Shown piece by piece: positions 19,425-28,529 of a DNA stretch of 64,000 nucleotides. The notes under the pieces were generated by a model that did no database searches, was not told the origin of the DNA, and saw only the letters and a program-made list of their open reading frames with translations. Source of the DNA: Myxococcota bacterium (lineage in GTDB: Bacteria; Myxococcota; UBA4151); assembly GCA_036338695.1 (NCBI GenBank), contig JAYZBQ010000098.1, positions 59-64,058 on the forward strand, in the 5' to 3' direction. The position numbers and the translations under genes are program-made. Position 1 is the first letter of the stretch. Every line of letters starts with the position of its first letter.

Positions 19425-20254
19425 AACAGGCTGCGCGGTTTGCCTGCGAGCTCACTGCGTTCTCGGAACAAGGATTTGGTCTCGTCGGTGAGCTTGTCGT
19501 CCATCTTGCCGAGGCAGAAGTTCAGGTAGCCGGGCTCGACCTCTGCGAGCGGCAAGCCGATGTGCTTGCCGAAGCCGAGCCGGATGGTCTGCCCGTCCTC
19601 GCGGTCTACATAGAGGTGGTATCGGAACCGCCGGTCTTCTTCTTGGAGCTGCTCTCGGTAGCTGCGCTGGGCGCGCAGCGCTGCGTCGAGGTCTTCGGGG
19701 ATCACCCCCGCCTTGATCATACCGCTCAGAACGGCCCCGGTCGCTTCGCAGTCTGCCGTCGCTGCGTGCGCGTTGACGAGCTCATAGCCATAGCGTGCGG
19801 CGACCGCCTCGAGCTTGCGAACCTTCCAGGCGCGGTGATGCCAGGACACGAAGATAAACGGGTCGAGGACCTCATCCGGGTTGATGCGATGGGCAAAACC
19901 ATGGCGCTCAAACTCGGCGTTCATGATCGGAACGTCGTAGTTGATGGCGTTGTAGCCACACAAGATGGGGGTGTTCCCCTCGAGCCCGCGTTCGACGTGC
20001 TCCCAGAAGCGATCGCCGACGCCATCAAAGCCTGGGCTGTTGGCGACGTCTTCGTCAAAGATGTTGTGCACCTGCGAGGCGCCGATCGGGATGGGCACGC
20101 CCGGGTTGATCCGTATGGCGCGCGGGCGAGCGCAGCGCCGCCCACCGGACCAATACACCGCCCCGATCTCGACCACGCGGTCCTCGCGGACGTTGACGCC
20201 CGTGGTCTCGGTGTCAAAGATCATGACGAGCGCCGAATCGATCGCTGTACCCAT
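19421..20254 (-). CDS. DEDDh 3'-5' exonuclease (DnaQ/ExoX-like) with a DUF3820-like C-terminal domain
   Basis: ExoI FDTETTG, ExoII GYNAINYDVPI, ExoIII HAATADCEAT. The C-terminus is GKHIGLPLAEVEPGYLNFCL. AGGAG precedes the ATG at 20254. Confidence 0.85.
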   Translation of the reverse strand: MGTAIDSALVMIFDTETTGVNVREDRVVEIGAVYWSGGRRCARPRAIRINPGVPIPIGASQVHNIFDEDVANSPGFDGVGDRFWEHVERGLEGNTPILCGYNAINYDVPIMNAEFERHGFAHRINPDEVLDPFIFVSWHHRAWKVRKLEAVAARYGYELVNAHAATADCEATGAVLSGMIKAGVIPEDLDAALRAQRSYREQLQEEDRRFRYHLYVDREDGQTIRLGFGKHIGLPLAEVEPGYLNFCLGKMDDKLTDETKSLFRERSELAGKPRSLF

Positions 20255-20400
20255 AACCACTCCTTCGTGTGACAGCGGACTAGCACCGCTGAATCGAGCT
20301 TGGAACCCTAGTCTCCGCGAGGGGGCTGACACGGGTTGATATGCCCATTGCGGCGGGCAGGGTCCTTCGCTAGACTGCGGCCGGAAACGCGGGGTGTGTT

Positions 20401-21291
20401 GTGGGGAACTCGTTGCCAGCTCAAGCGGGGCTCAAGGCGCTGACGACCAGCGCTGCGCAGCTCGGTGTGCGCGCAACGACCCCCAAGCCAGCGACCCTCA
20501 AAATGCCGGAGATCGGAAAGGTCACCCGGCTGGCGTCGGGCATCGATCAGGTCACCATCACGCCGGTGCGCATCGATGCGCCGAAGCCTGCGGTCAGCGC
20601 CTATCAGGGCAGCGCCGCCGGCGAGGTGATGACGCCAGCGAAGAGCTTCACGCCCAAGGCGCAGGCGGACTACAGCCGGCTTGGCATCGAGCAGAAAAAG
20701 GCGATGACCCAGACCTTCCCGAAGGCGATCCCTGATCGCGCGGATGCTGTGGCGCCGAAGCCTCAACAGGTGACGGGTCCGACGCCGCCTTCGGCGCCGA
20801 ACAGTCAGGCGCTCCAGGCGATGCGCACGTCGGTGCCGCCGGATGCCACCTCGGTCCCAGGTAACCCCGAGGCCACGGTCAGCAAGCTCAAGCCCTTGCG
20901 CGACCAGCTCTCGCTGCAGGTGGGGCGCTTGAGCCCCGGACAGGGCAGCGCCTTGATCGGTGCCGGGATGCGCACCGCCGCAGCGCAGGCAGCGGTCGTG
21001 CGCGACGAGATGAACGCAACCCAGGACCAGCTCGCCGCCAGCCGCAAGCGGCTGAACGCCATGCGTGAGCGCCAGCAAGAGCATTCGGTGCGGATCGCCG
21101 AGCGGCTCAAGGTGAAGTTCGACTCGATCCCGCAGCACCTGCAAGATTTTGCGGCGCGGGCGGCGAAGGAGATCACGGTCCCGGCGGGGCTTGAGGAGAC
21201 GCCGCTCGAGAAGATGTTGAGCGGTGAGGGTGTCGTGGGCTTCAAGGGCCCTGGGATCGCAGCCTACGAGCAGTTCATGGCGGATCAGTAG
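20401..21291 (+). CDS. Hypothetical protein (Pro/Ala/Gln-rich N-half, coiled-coil-like C-half)
   Basis: 296-aa ORF with a GTG start and strong third-position GC bias. No signal peptide is seen. The start is uncertain (alternative ATG at 20503). Confidence 0.5.
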   Translation: MGNSLPAQAGLKALTTSAAQLGVRATTPKPATLKMPEIGKVTRLASGIDQVTITPVRIDAPKPAVSAYQGSAAGEVMTPAKSFTPKAQADYSRLGIEQKKAMTQTFPKAIPDRADAVAPKPQQVTGPTPPSAPNSQALQAMRTSVPPDATSVPGNPEATVSKLKPLRDQLSLQVGRLSPGQGSALIGAGMRTAAAQAAVVRDEMNATQDQLAASRKRLNAMRERQQEHSVRIAERLKVKFDSIPQHLQDFAARAAKEITVPAGLEETPLEKMLSGEGVVGFKGPGIAAYEQFMADQ

Positions 21292-21307
21292 CGTCTTGAA
21301 GCGTGCC

Positions 21308-22288
21308 ATGATCGCGATCGGCGCGCTGCTCGCCGCCTACGCCGTCGGCGGGCTCATGGTCTACGCCGGGAATCTACGAGCGGTCGAGCCGGCGAGCTGG
21401 GACCCGCTCCCGAGCGTCGAGAAGAAGCAAAAGCTCCGTTTGATCTTGTTGGGCGACACGGGGATGCCAGGCGCTCAGCGCGACGCCGTACGCAAGCAGG
21501 TCCTTTTGGAGGAGAAGGACGCGATCATTGCGCTCGGCGATCTGATCTATCCGAACCCACCGCCTTGCGAGACCGGCGCGGTCGAGGCGAAGGACATTGC
21601 CATTTATGAGGAGCGCGTGGCGCGAGGGCTCGAGGGCTTGCGCGCGCCGGTCTACGCCATTCTGGGTAACCACTCCTATTACCGGGGGCCCCGTTCGATC
21701 TGGTCTTATGTCTATCCGATGGTGCCGTCGACGCTGGCGCTGGGTGACCGGGGTGATGGGCGCGTCGTCGACCCCGCCGCGTGCATGGTCCACTTTCTCG
21801 CGATGCGTCCACAGATCCACTTGCCCGCCCTCGACTATGCGCTCGATTTTGGGGTGGCGCAGATCGCCTTTGTGGACACCGACCACCTCGACGCGCAAGC
21901 GGCTCAGGTTGTCGATCAAGCCTTCGCCCAGGGCTCTGGCTGGAAGCTGCTAATGGGGCACCACGTGCTCAAGACCTTCTACGACAAGGAGCGTGAAGAC
22001 TACGTGGCGCCGTGGCTGCAGACCCTCAAGGCGCAGCCGGACCTCTACGCGAACGGGCACGCCCACGTGTTGCAGTTTGGTGTCTATGGAGGGGTCGCTG
22101 CGGTCACCTCTGGTTCGGCGTCAAAGCTTAGGCACCGGCGCGCCTGCCCCCCTGACTGCGGCGAGGGGCAGCTGTTTGGGGCGAGCACGGCTGGTTACGC
22201 AGTGCTCGAGGTCGAGCCAGAGCGCCTGAGCGTGATCTTCAAGGATGACGTGGGGAACGAGCGCTACCGCTGGTCTCAGACTCGCTAG
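21308..22288 (+). CDS. Metallophosphoesterase (calcineurin-like) with an N-terminal TM anchor
   Basis: LILLGDTG, ALGDLIY, ILGNHSYY, GHHV, NGHAHVLQ. The N-terminus is MIAIGALLAAYAVGGLMVYA. Confidence 0.8.
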   Translation: MIAIGALLAAYAVGGLMVYAGNLRAVEPASWDPLPSVEKKQKLRLILLGDTGMPGAQRDAVRKQVLLEEKDAIIALGDLIYPNPPPCETGAVEAKDIAIYEERVARGLEGLRAPVYAILGNHSYYRGPRSIWSYVYPMVPSTLALGDRGDGRVVDPAACMVHFLAMRPQIHLPALDYALDFGVAQIAFVDTDHLDAQAAQVVDQAFAQGSGWKLLMGHHVLKTFYDKEREDYVAPWLQTLKAQPDLYANGHAHVLQFGVYGGVAAVTSGSASKLRHRRACPPDCGEGQLFGASTAGYAVLEVEPERLSVIFKDDVGNERYRWSQTR

Positions 22289-22578
22289 GTGCGCTTGCGC
22301 GCATCAAGCGCAGCGAGCTGTTCGGGAGTCGCTGGGAGCTGGTGGTTCGCCTTCCAGTCGCTGTATGGCATCCCGTATACTTCGGCACGCGCAGCCATCG
22401 GATCGAGCTCCACGCCCTGCTCGCTAGCCGCTGCGTGATACCACTTGCCGAGGCAATTGCGGCAGAAGTCAGCCAAGATCATCAGGTCAATGTTCTGCAC
22501 GTCGGTGCGCCGCTGGAGGTGATCGCGTAGGCGTCGAAAGACGGCGGCTTCGACCTCGGTTCGTTGCTCAGGGGTCAT
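22285..22578 (-). CDS. DUF1244 family protein
   Basis: DLMILADFCRNCLGKWY is the hallmark motif. 97 aa. Confidence 0.8.
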   Translation of the reverse strand: MTPEQRTEVEAAVFRRLRDHLQRRTDVQNIDLMILADFCRNCLGKWYHAAASEQGVELDPMAARAEVYGMPYSDWKANHQLPATPEQLAALDARKRT

Positions 22579-22735
22579 CGGGTAAGCTCCAGGTTTTGGG
22601 GTAGTGAGAGACCACGGCGAAGGCGTCTTGCCTAGAGGTGATGTGGACCCAGACCGTTCGCTGGCGTAGAGGAGAGGCGAAAGGGCGAGTGGGCGCTGAG
22701 GTGACCGCTCGAGTTTTGAGCAGGAGGATCAGGCG

Positions 22736-23083
22736 ATGCAGGTTGGATATTTGGAGATCGTGACCTCTGAGGTGGACGCGGTCAGCGCCGCTTATGCCGC
22801 GTCCCACGGTGTCACTTTTAGCGAGCCGATCGCCGCGCTCGGTGGGGCGGTCGTCGCCTCCCTGGCAGGTGGAGGTCAGCTCGGCATCCGGGCGCCGCTG
22901 CGCGCCGATGAGGAGCCGGTTGTGCGACCCTACATGCTGGTCGAGGACATCGAAGAGGCGCTGCTTGAAGCCCAGCGAGCAGGTGGGCAGGTCGCCGTCC
23001 CGGCGATGCCGCTCCCCGGTCAGGGGACCTGCGCGATTTATGTCCTTGGGGGCGTTGATCACGGCTTGTGGCAGTCTGAATGA
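22736..23083 (+). CDS. VOC/glyoxalase-fold family protein
   Basis: 115 aa, MQVGYLEIVTSEVDAV...GQGTCAIYVLGGVDHGLWQ. An AGGAGGA RBS lies upstream. Confidence 0.6.
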   Translation: MQVGYLEIVTSEVDAVSAAYAASHGVTFSEPIAALGGAVVASLAGGGQLGIRAPLRADEEPVVRPYMLVEDIEEALLEAQRAGGQVAVPAMPLPGQGTCAIYVLGGVDHGLWQSE

Positions 23084-23169
23084 GTCTGGGGCGGATCACC
23101 GATGAGCTGATCACAGCGCTCGAGCCGCTCACCTTCTCGGAGCCGGTGACTCACGTCTAAAACCCGCTG

Positions 23170-23790
23170 GTGTACGCACGGAGCGCGTGGGACCTTTACT
23201 GCGCTAGGTATGGTCAAGGGACCCGGAAGGTCCTTGCGCTCGGGATGAACCCGGGACCTTTTGGGATGAGTCAGGTCGGTGTCCCGTTTGGCGAGATTGC
23301 GCACGTCCGCGACTGGTTGGGGATCGAGACGCCGATCGGGAAACCGCCGGTCGAGCATCCCAAACGCCCAATCCTCGGTTTTGCCTGCACTCGAAGTGAG
23401 GTGAGCGGTCGGCGGCTTTGGGGCTGGGCTAAGGAGACGTACGGTACGCCTGAAGCCTTTTTCGAGACCTTCTTTATCACTAACTATTGCCCGCTGGTGT
23501 TTATGGAGGGACCCAACGGGCGCAACCGGGTGCCCGAGAAGCTCCCCGCGGTCGAGCGAGCGCCGGTGTTTGAGGCCTGCGATCGGGCGCTGCTGCAGAC
23601 GGTCGAGTTGATGCAGCCCGAGCTGATCTTAGGGGTCGGAAAGTTCGCCGAGAAAAAGGCGCAGCAGGTGGTCGGCCACCTGGATGTTCAGATCGGCTCC
23701 GTGCCGCACCCGAGCCCGGCGAGTCCGATCGCCAACCGGGGCTGGTCACCGCTGATGGATGCAGCGCTCAAGGAGCTCGGCGTCCGTTAG
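23170..23790 (+). CDS. SMUG1-type (family 3) uracil-DNA glycosylase; intact ORF downstream of an in-frame TAA (see findings)
   Basis: LGMNPGPFGMSQVGVPFGE and HPSPASPIANRGW are SMUG1 catalytic motifs. The ORF-track start at 23170 is a GTG. The same frame is open from ATG 23080 to TAA 23158-23160 and encodes the conserved N-terminal segment. Confidence 0.8.
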   Translation: MYARSAWDLYCARYGQGTRKVLALGMNPGPFGMSQVGVPFGEIAHVRDWLGIETPIGKPPVEHPKRPILGFACTRSEVSGRRLWGWAKETYGTPEAFFETFFITNYCPLVFMEGPNGRNRVPEKLPAVERAPVFEACDRALLQTVELMQPELILGVGKFAEKKAQQVVGHLDVQIGSVPHPSPASPIANRGWSPLMDAALKELGVR

Positions 23791-23896
23791 AGCAGGAGCA
23801 GCAACCGTCACGAGCCGGTGGCAAAGAGTCGGCGACCCAAGTGGTCGGGCGGTGCAAAAACCTGCGCCGGTGTGTGCGCTGTGCTAACCCGACGCC

Positions 23897-25249
23897 ATGC
23901 GATGGATCGTCATGCTGGTTGCGTTGATGTCAGCAGTCCCGGCGCAAGCTGGGAAGATCTTCCCTCTTTTTCGACCACAGCCTGTGCTCGGTCACGGTGA
24001 GCCGTTGCGGATCGAAGAGGTCGGTCGCTACCTGCGTGATGCGCTGGGTGAGGTGGGCGATTACCAGGTCGAGCTGTTGGATCCGGATCGCACCGAGAAG
24101 CCGTTTGCAAAGAGCTCGAAGGTCGAGCGGCTTGGGAAGCGGTGGCGCTCGGAGCTCGACTTCGCCGAGACGAACCTGAGGCGGAAGAAGCCCGGGCTCG
24201 CCATCAAAGGGGCGCAGATGGTCTGGCGGCGCTTGAGCAAATCGCCAGCCTTAGTACAAGATCCTGAGATCCTGTGTCGGACCTATCTGGTGTACGCCGA
24301 AGCGAGCCTTCAGCTTGGGCGCAAGAAGAAGGCCGAAGAGTGGGTGAAGCGCCTCGCCGGTAGCTGCGCGACCATGTACCGCGCCGGGAAGTGGCGAGCG
24401 AAGTCGAGCCCAGCCTTCCTCGAGTTGGTCCGGAAAACCAAAGCCATCATGAGTCACGTGGCGCCGGCGCAGGTCACGATCTTGACCGAGCAAGCGGGCG
24501 CACAGGTCTTCCTCGATGCGCGGTTGATGGGGACCACGCCTATGCATCTAACGGGGATCCCACCAGGCCCCCACGTCATCCGCGTCGAGGAGTCCAATCG
24601 CAAACCGTGGGTCAAATGGGTGGAGTTGAGCGCAGCGCCGAAGACCCTCCGTATTCAAGGTCAGGCGAACTGGCTCCGGCCGGACGAGGTGGCGCTGCAG
24701 CGGGCGCTTCAGAACAACGTCGTCAATGACGAGGCGGTCGCCGGCGCGCAGGCGATCCTGAAGCGGCTGGCGCCGGGGGCGCCCTACCTGGCGATCGTCG
24801 GTGTGCTCGAGCAAGAGGGCGCCGTGAAGCTGCGCCTGATCCTGATCGATCGGCGAGGACGGATCTTGCGCGTGCCTGAGATCATGGTGGACGAGTCGTT
24901 TTTGGGCTTGGAGGCCGAGCTAGGGCACCTGTTCAAAAATCTCGGCAAGGTGCGCTGGACCGCCCTGAACAAGGGCGTGATTTTCCCAGGGCTGGTGGAG
25001 GCGCAAGGGGTTGCGCCAGAGGTGCGTTTCAAGGCGCTCGTGGAGGTGCGGGGCGCCATTGACTCGGACGATGAGCGCAACGAGGACAAAGACGACGACC
25101 TCGACGACGATGACGAGCAAGAAGAGAAGGATCGGCTGCGCCCGATCTTGCGCGGTGACCGCAAGAAGAAGCCCGCCAGCGCCACGAGCGGTCCGATCCG
25201 ACGGCGCGCTCGGACCTACTCAGACTTCAAGGATGAAGACGATAAATAG
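23897..25249 (+). CDS. Secreted PEGA-domain-like protein with an acidic/basic C-terminal tail
   Basis: Signal peptide MRWIVMLVALMSAVPAQA. PEGA-like segment VFLDARLMGTTPMHLTGIPPGPHVIRVE. The tail is DKDDDLDDDDEQEEKD. Confidence 0.55.
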   Translation: MRWIVMLVALMSAVPAQAGKIFPLFRPQPVLGHGEPLRIEEVGRYLRDALGEVGDYQVELLDPDRTEKPFAKSSKVERLGKRWRSELDFAETNLRRKKPGLAIKGAQMVWRRLSKSPALVQDPEILCRTYLVYAEASLQLGRKKKAEEWVKRLAGSCATMYRAGKWRAKSSPAFLELVRKTKAIMSHVAPAQVTILTEQAGAQVFLDARLMGTTPMHLTGIPPGPHVIRVEESNRKPWVKWVELSAAPKTLRIQGQANWLRPDEVALQRALQNNVVNDEAVAGAQAILKRLAPGAPYLAIVGVLEQEGAVKLRLILIDRRGRILRVPEIMVDESFLGLEAELGHLFKNLGKVRWTALNKGVIFPGLVEAQGVAPEVRFKALVEVRGAIDSDDERNEDKDDDLDDDDEQEEKDRLRPILRGDRKKKPASATSGPIRRRARTYSDFKDEDDK

Positions 25250-25252
25250 CGC

Positions 25253-26470
25253 TCAGTCTTGACGCACGATCAGCGTGTACTCGCCCGCCACACCGAGCGG
25301 ACGCCGCTGGTTGTGGAAGGGCGCAACGATGATCGTCAGCTCCTGCCCTTGGTCGACGTTGAGGTCCATGCGGCAGTTGTAGTTGCGGTTCTCAGCGTCG
25401 ATGTCGTCGTTCTCAGCGACCACTTCGTCTCCGCTCATGATCCGGCACATCGGGTCGATCTCGCTCTCGGTCATCACCGTGAGCCGACCGGTTGCAGGCG
25501 CCGTCAGCGAATACGCGTCAAAGTCGCGCCCCCAGTCAAAGCGCGCCGCCTGTTCGTAGGGCAAGGTCTCAATCGGCGTCGCCGACTCGGCGTCGTCGCC
25601 GTGGTCGTCGTCGGCGAGTCGCTCCCAGCCGAGCGTAAAGGCGCCGGTGCCCCATTCGGCGTTGTAGTGTCGCACCTTCAGGTAGTACACCTCTCCGGCT
25701 GTGAGCGGCATGAAGACGCGGCAGTTCAGCTCATCGCCGCCATCGTCATCACCGGTCAGCACGTCGCCCGCCTCGTTCTCGATGGTGCAGACGGGGTCCA
25801 CGTCGCTCTCGGTGAAGAAGGCGTACATTCCGGTCTCGGCGACCTCGAGGCGCCACATGTCGGCGTCTCCGCAGCCGAAGATGGACTCGGTGCGCTCGGC
25901 GTCGAAGTCGAAGGCTGCGGCGCTCTGCGCGTCGCCACCGACATCGCCGGCTAGCTCCTCACAGGTGCATGTGCCGCTGCAGCCATCGCCGTCGTCGGTG
26001 TTACCGTCGTCGCATTCTTCTTCCACCGTGTCGCCGCCGCCTGGCGATCGGAACCGGTTCCCGCAGGTTGCCCCTTCCGCGCGGCAGCGCTCGTCGCAGC
26101 CGTCGCCCGAGACGCGGTTGCCGTCATCGCACTCCTCGCCGGCGTCGGCTTGCTCGTTACCGCAGTTCAGGAGGCTCTCGTCGTAGCAGGCGCGGTTGCA
26201 GCCGTCGCCGTCACGCTTGTTGCCGTCGTCGCATTCCTCGCCCTCTTCGAGGACGCCGTTACCGCATTCGATGCGCTCTTCTTTGACGCACTCCCGGCTG
26301 CAGCCGTCGCCGTTGCGCGGGTTGCCGTCGTCACACTCCTCGCCCTCTTCAAGAACGCTGTTGCCACAGGTCGCCTCCGGCTCGGTTGAGGGGCCGTTCG
26401 ACTGAGCTTGCAGGGCACACGCGCTGCCGATCAGCGCAAGAAGCGTCCACGAGACGATGAAGCGGTGCAT
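25253..26470 (-). CDS. Secreted protein with 4 myxobacterial-type Cys-rich repeats and two pre-peptidase C-terminal (PPC)-like domains
   Basis: Signal peptide MHRFIVSWTLLALIGSACALQA. Four copies of CGNxxxExGEECDDGNxxxGDGC. Two PPC-like modules (GDADMWRLEV...YYLKVRHYN and DFDAYSLTAP...). GGAG precedes the ATG at 26470. Confidence 0.75.
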   Translation of the reverse strand: MHRFIVSWTLLALIGSACALQAQSNGPSTEPEATCGNSVLEEGEECDDGNPRNGDGCSRECVKEERIECGNGVLEEGEECDDGNKRDGDGCNRACYDESLLNCGNEQADAGEECDDGNRVSGDGCDERCRAEGATCGNRFRSPGGGDTVEEECDDGNTDDGDGCSGTCTCEELAGDVGGDAQSAAAFDFDAERTESIFGCGDADMWRLEVAETGMYAFFTESDVDPVCTIENEAGDVLTGDDDGGDELNCRVFMPLTAGEVYYLKVRHYNAEWGTGAFTLGWERLADDDHGDDAESATPIETLPYEQAARFDWGRDFDAYSLTAPATGRLTVMTESEIDPMCRIMSGDEVVAENDDIDAENRNYNCRMDLNVDQGQELTIIVAPFHNQRRPLGVAGEYTLIVRQD

Positions 26471-26600
26471 TGGAGACTCCGAGTTAATCGCTCCTGAGCA
26501 TGGCCCAAGGGGCATCAGCGCGCAACCGCTCGCTTGCCTAGAACGCCGCACAGAGGTAGGCTCTTTGGCGGTTGATGATGACCCGTTGGAGGCGACGACC

Positions 26601-26951
26601 TTGCGTATCTTGATGCTGGTCCTACTCGGTTTGACGTCAGCCTGTGCCGGCTGGGATGGGCAGGCGAACCTCGACGCGCTCGATGATCAAGAACTCGAGG
26701 CCTTGTGCGGTCATTTTTATGACCTCGCAGGTGGCGAGCCGACGGAAGAGCAGTGCGTCGTGGACGGCGCGGAATACACGGCGACGTTGGGGAGTCGTAG
26801 CGAAGAGATCGCAGCGTGTAAGGCGAAGACCCGTCCAGCCTGTGCCACCCAGCTACTGGTCGACTGCGTCGAGAGCCGTCAAGGCTCCATCTGCGCGAGC
26901 GTGGACACGGAGGCGTGCCGAGCCTACGTCGACTGCGAGCTGGGTACCTAA
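26601..26951 (+). CDS. Small Cys-containing lipoprotein
   Basis: (M)RILMLVLLGLTSAC is a lipobox. GGAGG lies 8 nt before the TTG at 26601 (alternative ATG at 26613). The mature part has 7 Cys. Confidence 0.6.
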   Translation: MRILMLVLLGLTSACAGWDGQANLDALDDQELEALCGHFYDLAGGEPTEEQCVVDGAEYTATLGSRSEEIAACKAKTRPACATQLLVDCVESRQGSICASVDTEACRAYVDCELGT

Positions 26952-26980
26952 ACACCGTGATGAGGATGAGAGGAGAACAC

Positions 26981-28468
26981 GTGCTGCGATTGGTAAGCGG
27001 TCTAGCGGTCGTGGGGATGCTGACAGGGAGCTTTGAGGCGCAGGCGCAGTGCGCAACGTGCGGGAACCCGGCGTTGACCGCCGGCGCCTCGGATCTCGGT
27101 AAAGCGCTGGGTGAGGAGGTGGTGGAGACGCCGGCGCTCACGCTGAGCGGGAGCTACTCGTTCACCAACTTTGATAAGTTTCAAAACGCCGAAGGGGATC
27201 GCTTGACGCCCCTCGAGGCAGGTCTCAACGAAGATTACTACTTGAGCCTTAACGTGTTTGTGCTGAACGCCGAGGTGAGCCACCCGGTCGGCGCAGCGCT
27301 CAGTCTGGCGCTCCCGTATGGGATCGCCGGGTTCAAAAATGAGAGTGAAGAGGGGTCCGACCCGGGGATCGCCGACATTGAAGCGCGCGCACGGTTCGAC
27401 CTCACCAAGCTGCTCGGCTGTTGGTCGAAAGGGACGCAGCCCCGGCTCAACGTCGTAGTCGGCGGCGTGGCGCCGACGGGAGACTTTGTCGCAAGTACGG
27501 ACCTTGGCTCAGCCGAGCGCTACGTCAGCTTGGGGCGGGGTGTCTCGTGGGGGCTCGCTGAGTTCGATCTCCGAGGTTACCTGGAGAATGGCGCAGGGTG
27601 GTATGTGACCGGTGGTCTCCGCACGGCGCTCAGCGCCTATGAGAGCGAAGGCTACACGTTCGAGTGGGGCGATGAGCTGCGCGTCTCGGCGGGTGGGAGC
27701 TTTCAGGTGATCCCCAAGACCATGGGCCTCGGGCTGGGCATGGACTGGAACCAGCGGAGCAAAAGCATCGAGAACGGCGATGAGTTCGCGAACGGCGGGG
27801 GGCAGGACCTGACCGCAAGCCTGACGGTCCAAGGGCGCCTGCCCGGCGATCTGATGGCGAGCCTCGGTCTGCGTTACCCGGTCTGGCGTGAGGTGGTCGG
27901 TACGCAAGTGATCTCGGACCCAAGCGTCTTTGGAGGGATCGCTTACCGGTTCGGCGGCAGTAAGGTCGTCAAGAAGGAAGGCGGCGCCGAGCTGCCCAAG
28001 CCGAACGTCTTACCAGGCGAGGTGCCCAAAGACCCGGAGCTGCTCAAGGTCCTCGGCGACAACCAGGTGACGATCATCGATTACTGGGCTGAGTGGTGCG
28101 TGAACTGCATGAAGTTGATGCCGTACATCGACGCCTACAAAGAGAACAACCCACACATCAAAGTGGTCAAATGGGACGCAACGAAGTGGGAGGTCGAGCA
28201 GTTCAAACGCTTCTTGCCAGCGACCCCTGAGCTGCCCGCCTTGGACATCTACGGCGCGGACAAGCGCCTGATTATCCGCCTCGGCGGCACCGACGTCTTC
28301 AAGTTCCGCGAGCACCTCCCGGCGGGCGTTGATAAGGGCTACCCCGAGGGGTGGAAGCCGCCGGCTGAAAAGAAGGACAAGGGAGACCAGCCCGAGGCCA
28401 CGAGCGACGCTAGCGCCCCAGAGAAATCTTCCCCTCAGCCAGTAGCGCCCGAGCCTGCCGAGGGCTAA
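26981..28468 (+). CDS. Outer-membrane beta-barrel-like domain fused to a C-terminal thioredoxin-fold (TlpA-like) domain
   Basis: AGGAG lies 5 nt before the GTG at 26981 (alternative ATG at 26960). Signal peptide LRLVSGLAVVGMLTGSFEAQA. The sequence has an alternating beta-strand pattern ending in GGIAYRF. The Trx motif is DYWAEWCVNCMKL (CxxC at 28097-28108). Confidence 0.65.
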   Translation: MLRLVSGLAVVGMLTGSFEAQAQCATCGNPALTAGASDLGKALGEEVVETPALTLSGSYSFTNFDKFQNAEGDRLTPLEAGLNEDYYLSLNVFVLNAEVSHPVGAALSLALPYGIAGFKNESEEGSDPGIADIEARARFDLTKLLGCWSKGTQPRLNVVVGGVAPTGDFVASTDLGSAERYVSLGRGVSWGLAEFDLRGYLENGAGWYVTGGLRTALSAYESEGYTFEWGDELRVSAGGSFQVIPKTMGLGLGMDWNQRSKSIENGDEFANGGGQDLTASLTVQGRLPGDLMASLGLRYPVWREVVGTQVISDPSVFGGIAYRFGGSKVVKKEGGAELPKPNVLPGEVPKDPELLKVLGDNQVTIIDYWAEWCVNCMKLMPYIDAYKENNPHIKVVKWDATKWEVEQFKRFLPATPELPALDIYGADKRLIIRLGGTDVFKFREHLPAGVDKGYPEGWKPPAEKKDKGDQPEATSDASAPEKSSPQPVAPEPAEG

Positions 28469-28529
28469 GCTCAACCAAGCGGACCGGGTGATGACTTCGG
28501 AGCCGCTGAGCAGGTGAGGGAGGGCGTTG

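Noticed and set aside
20308-21309. A 333-aa minus-strand ORF covering the same DNA as the plus-strand ORF 20401-21291.
   Set aside because: It is very Arg/Leu/His-rich and not protein-like. The plus-strand frame shows the expected GC-rich third positions. It is a typical antisense shadow ORF of a GC-rich genome. The same reasoning applies to most other long overlapping ORFs in the track (for example 4574-5659, 6365-6970, 13541-14161, 48355-49425, 50790-51914).
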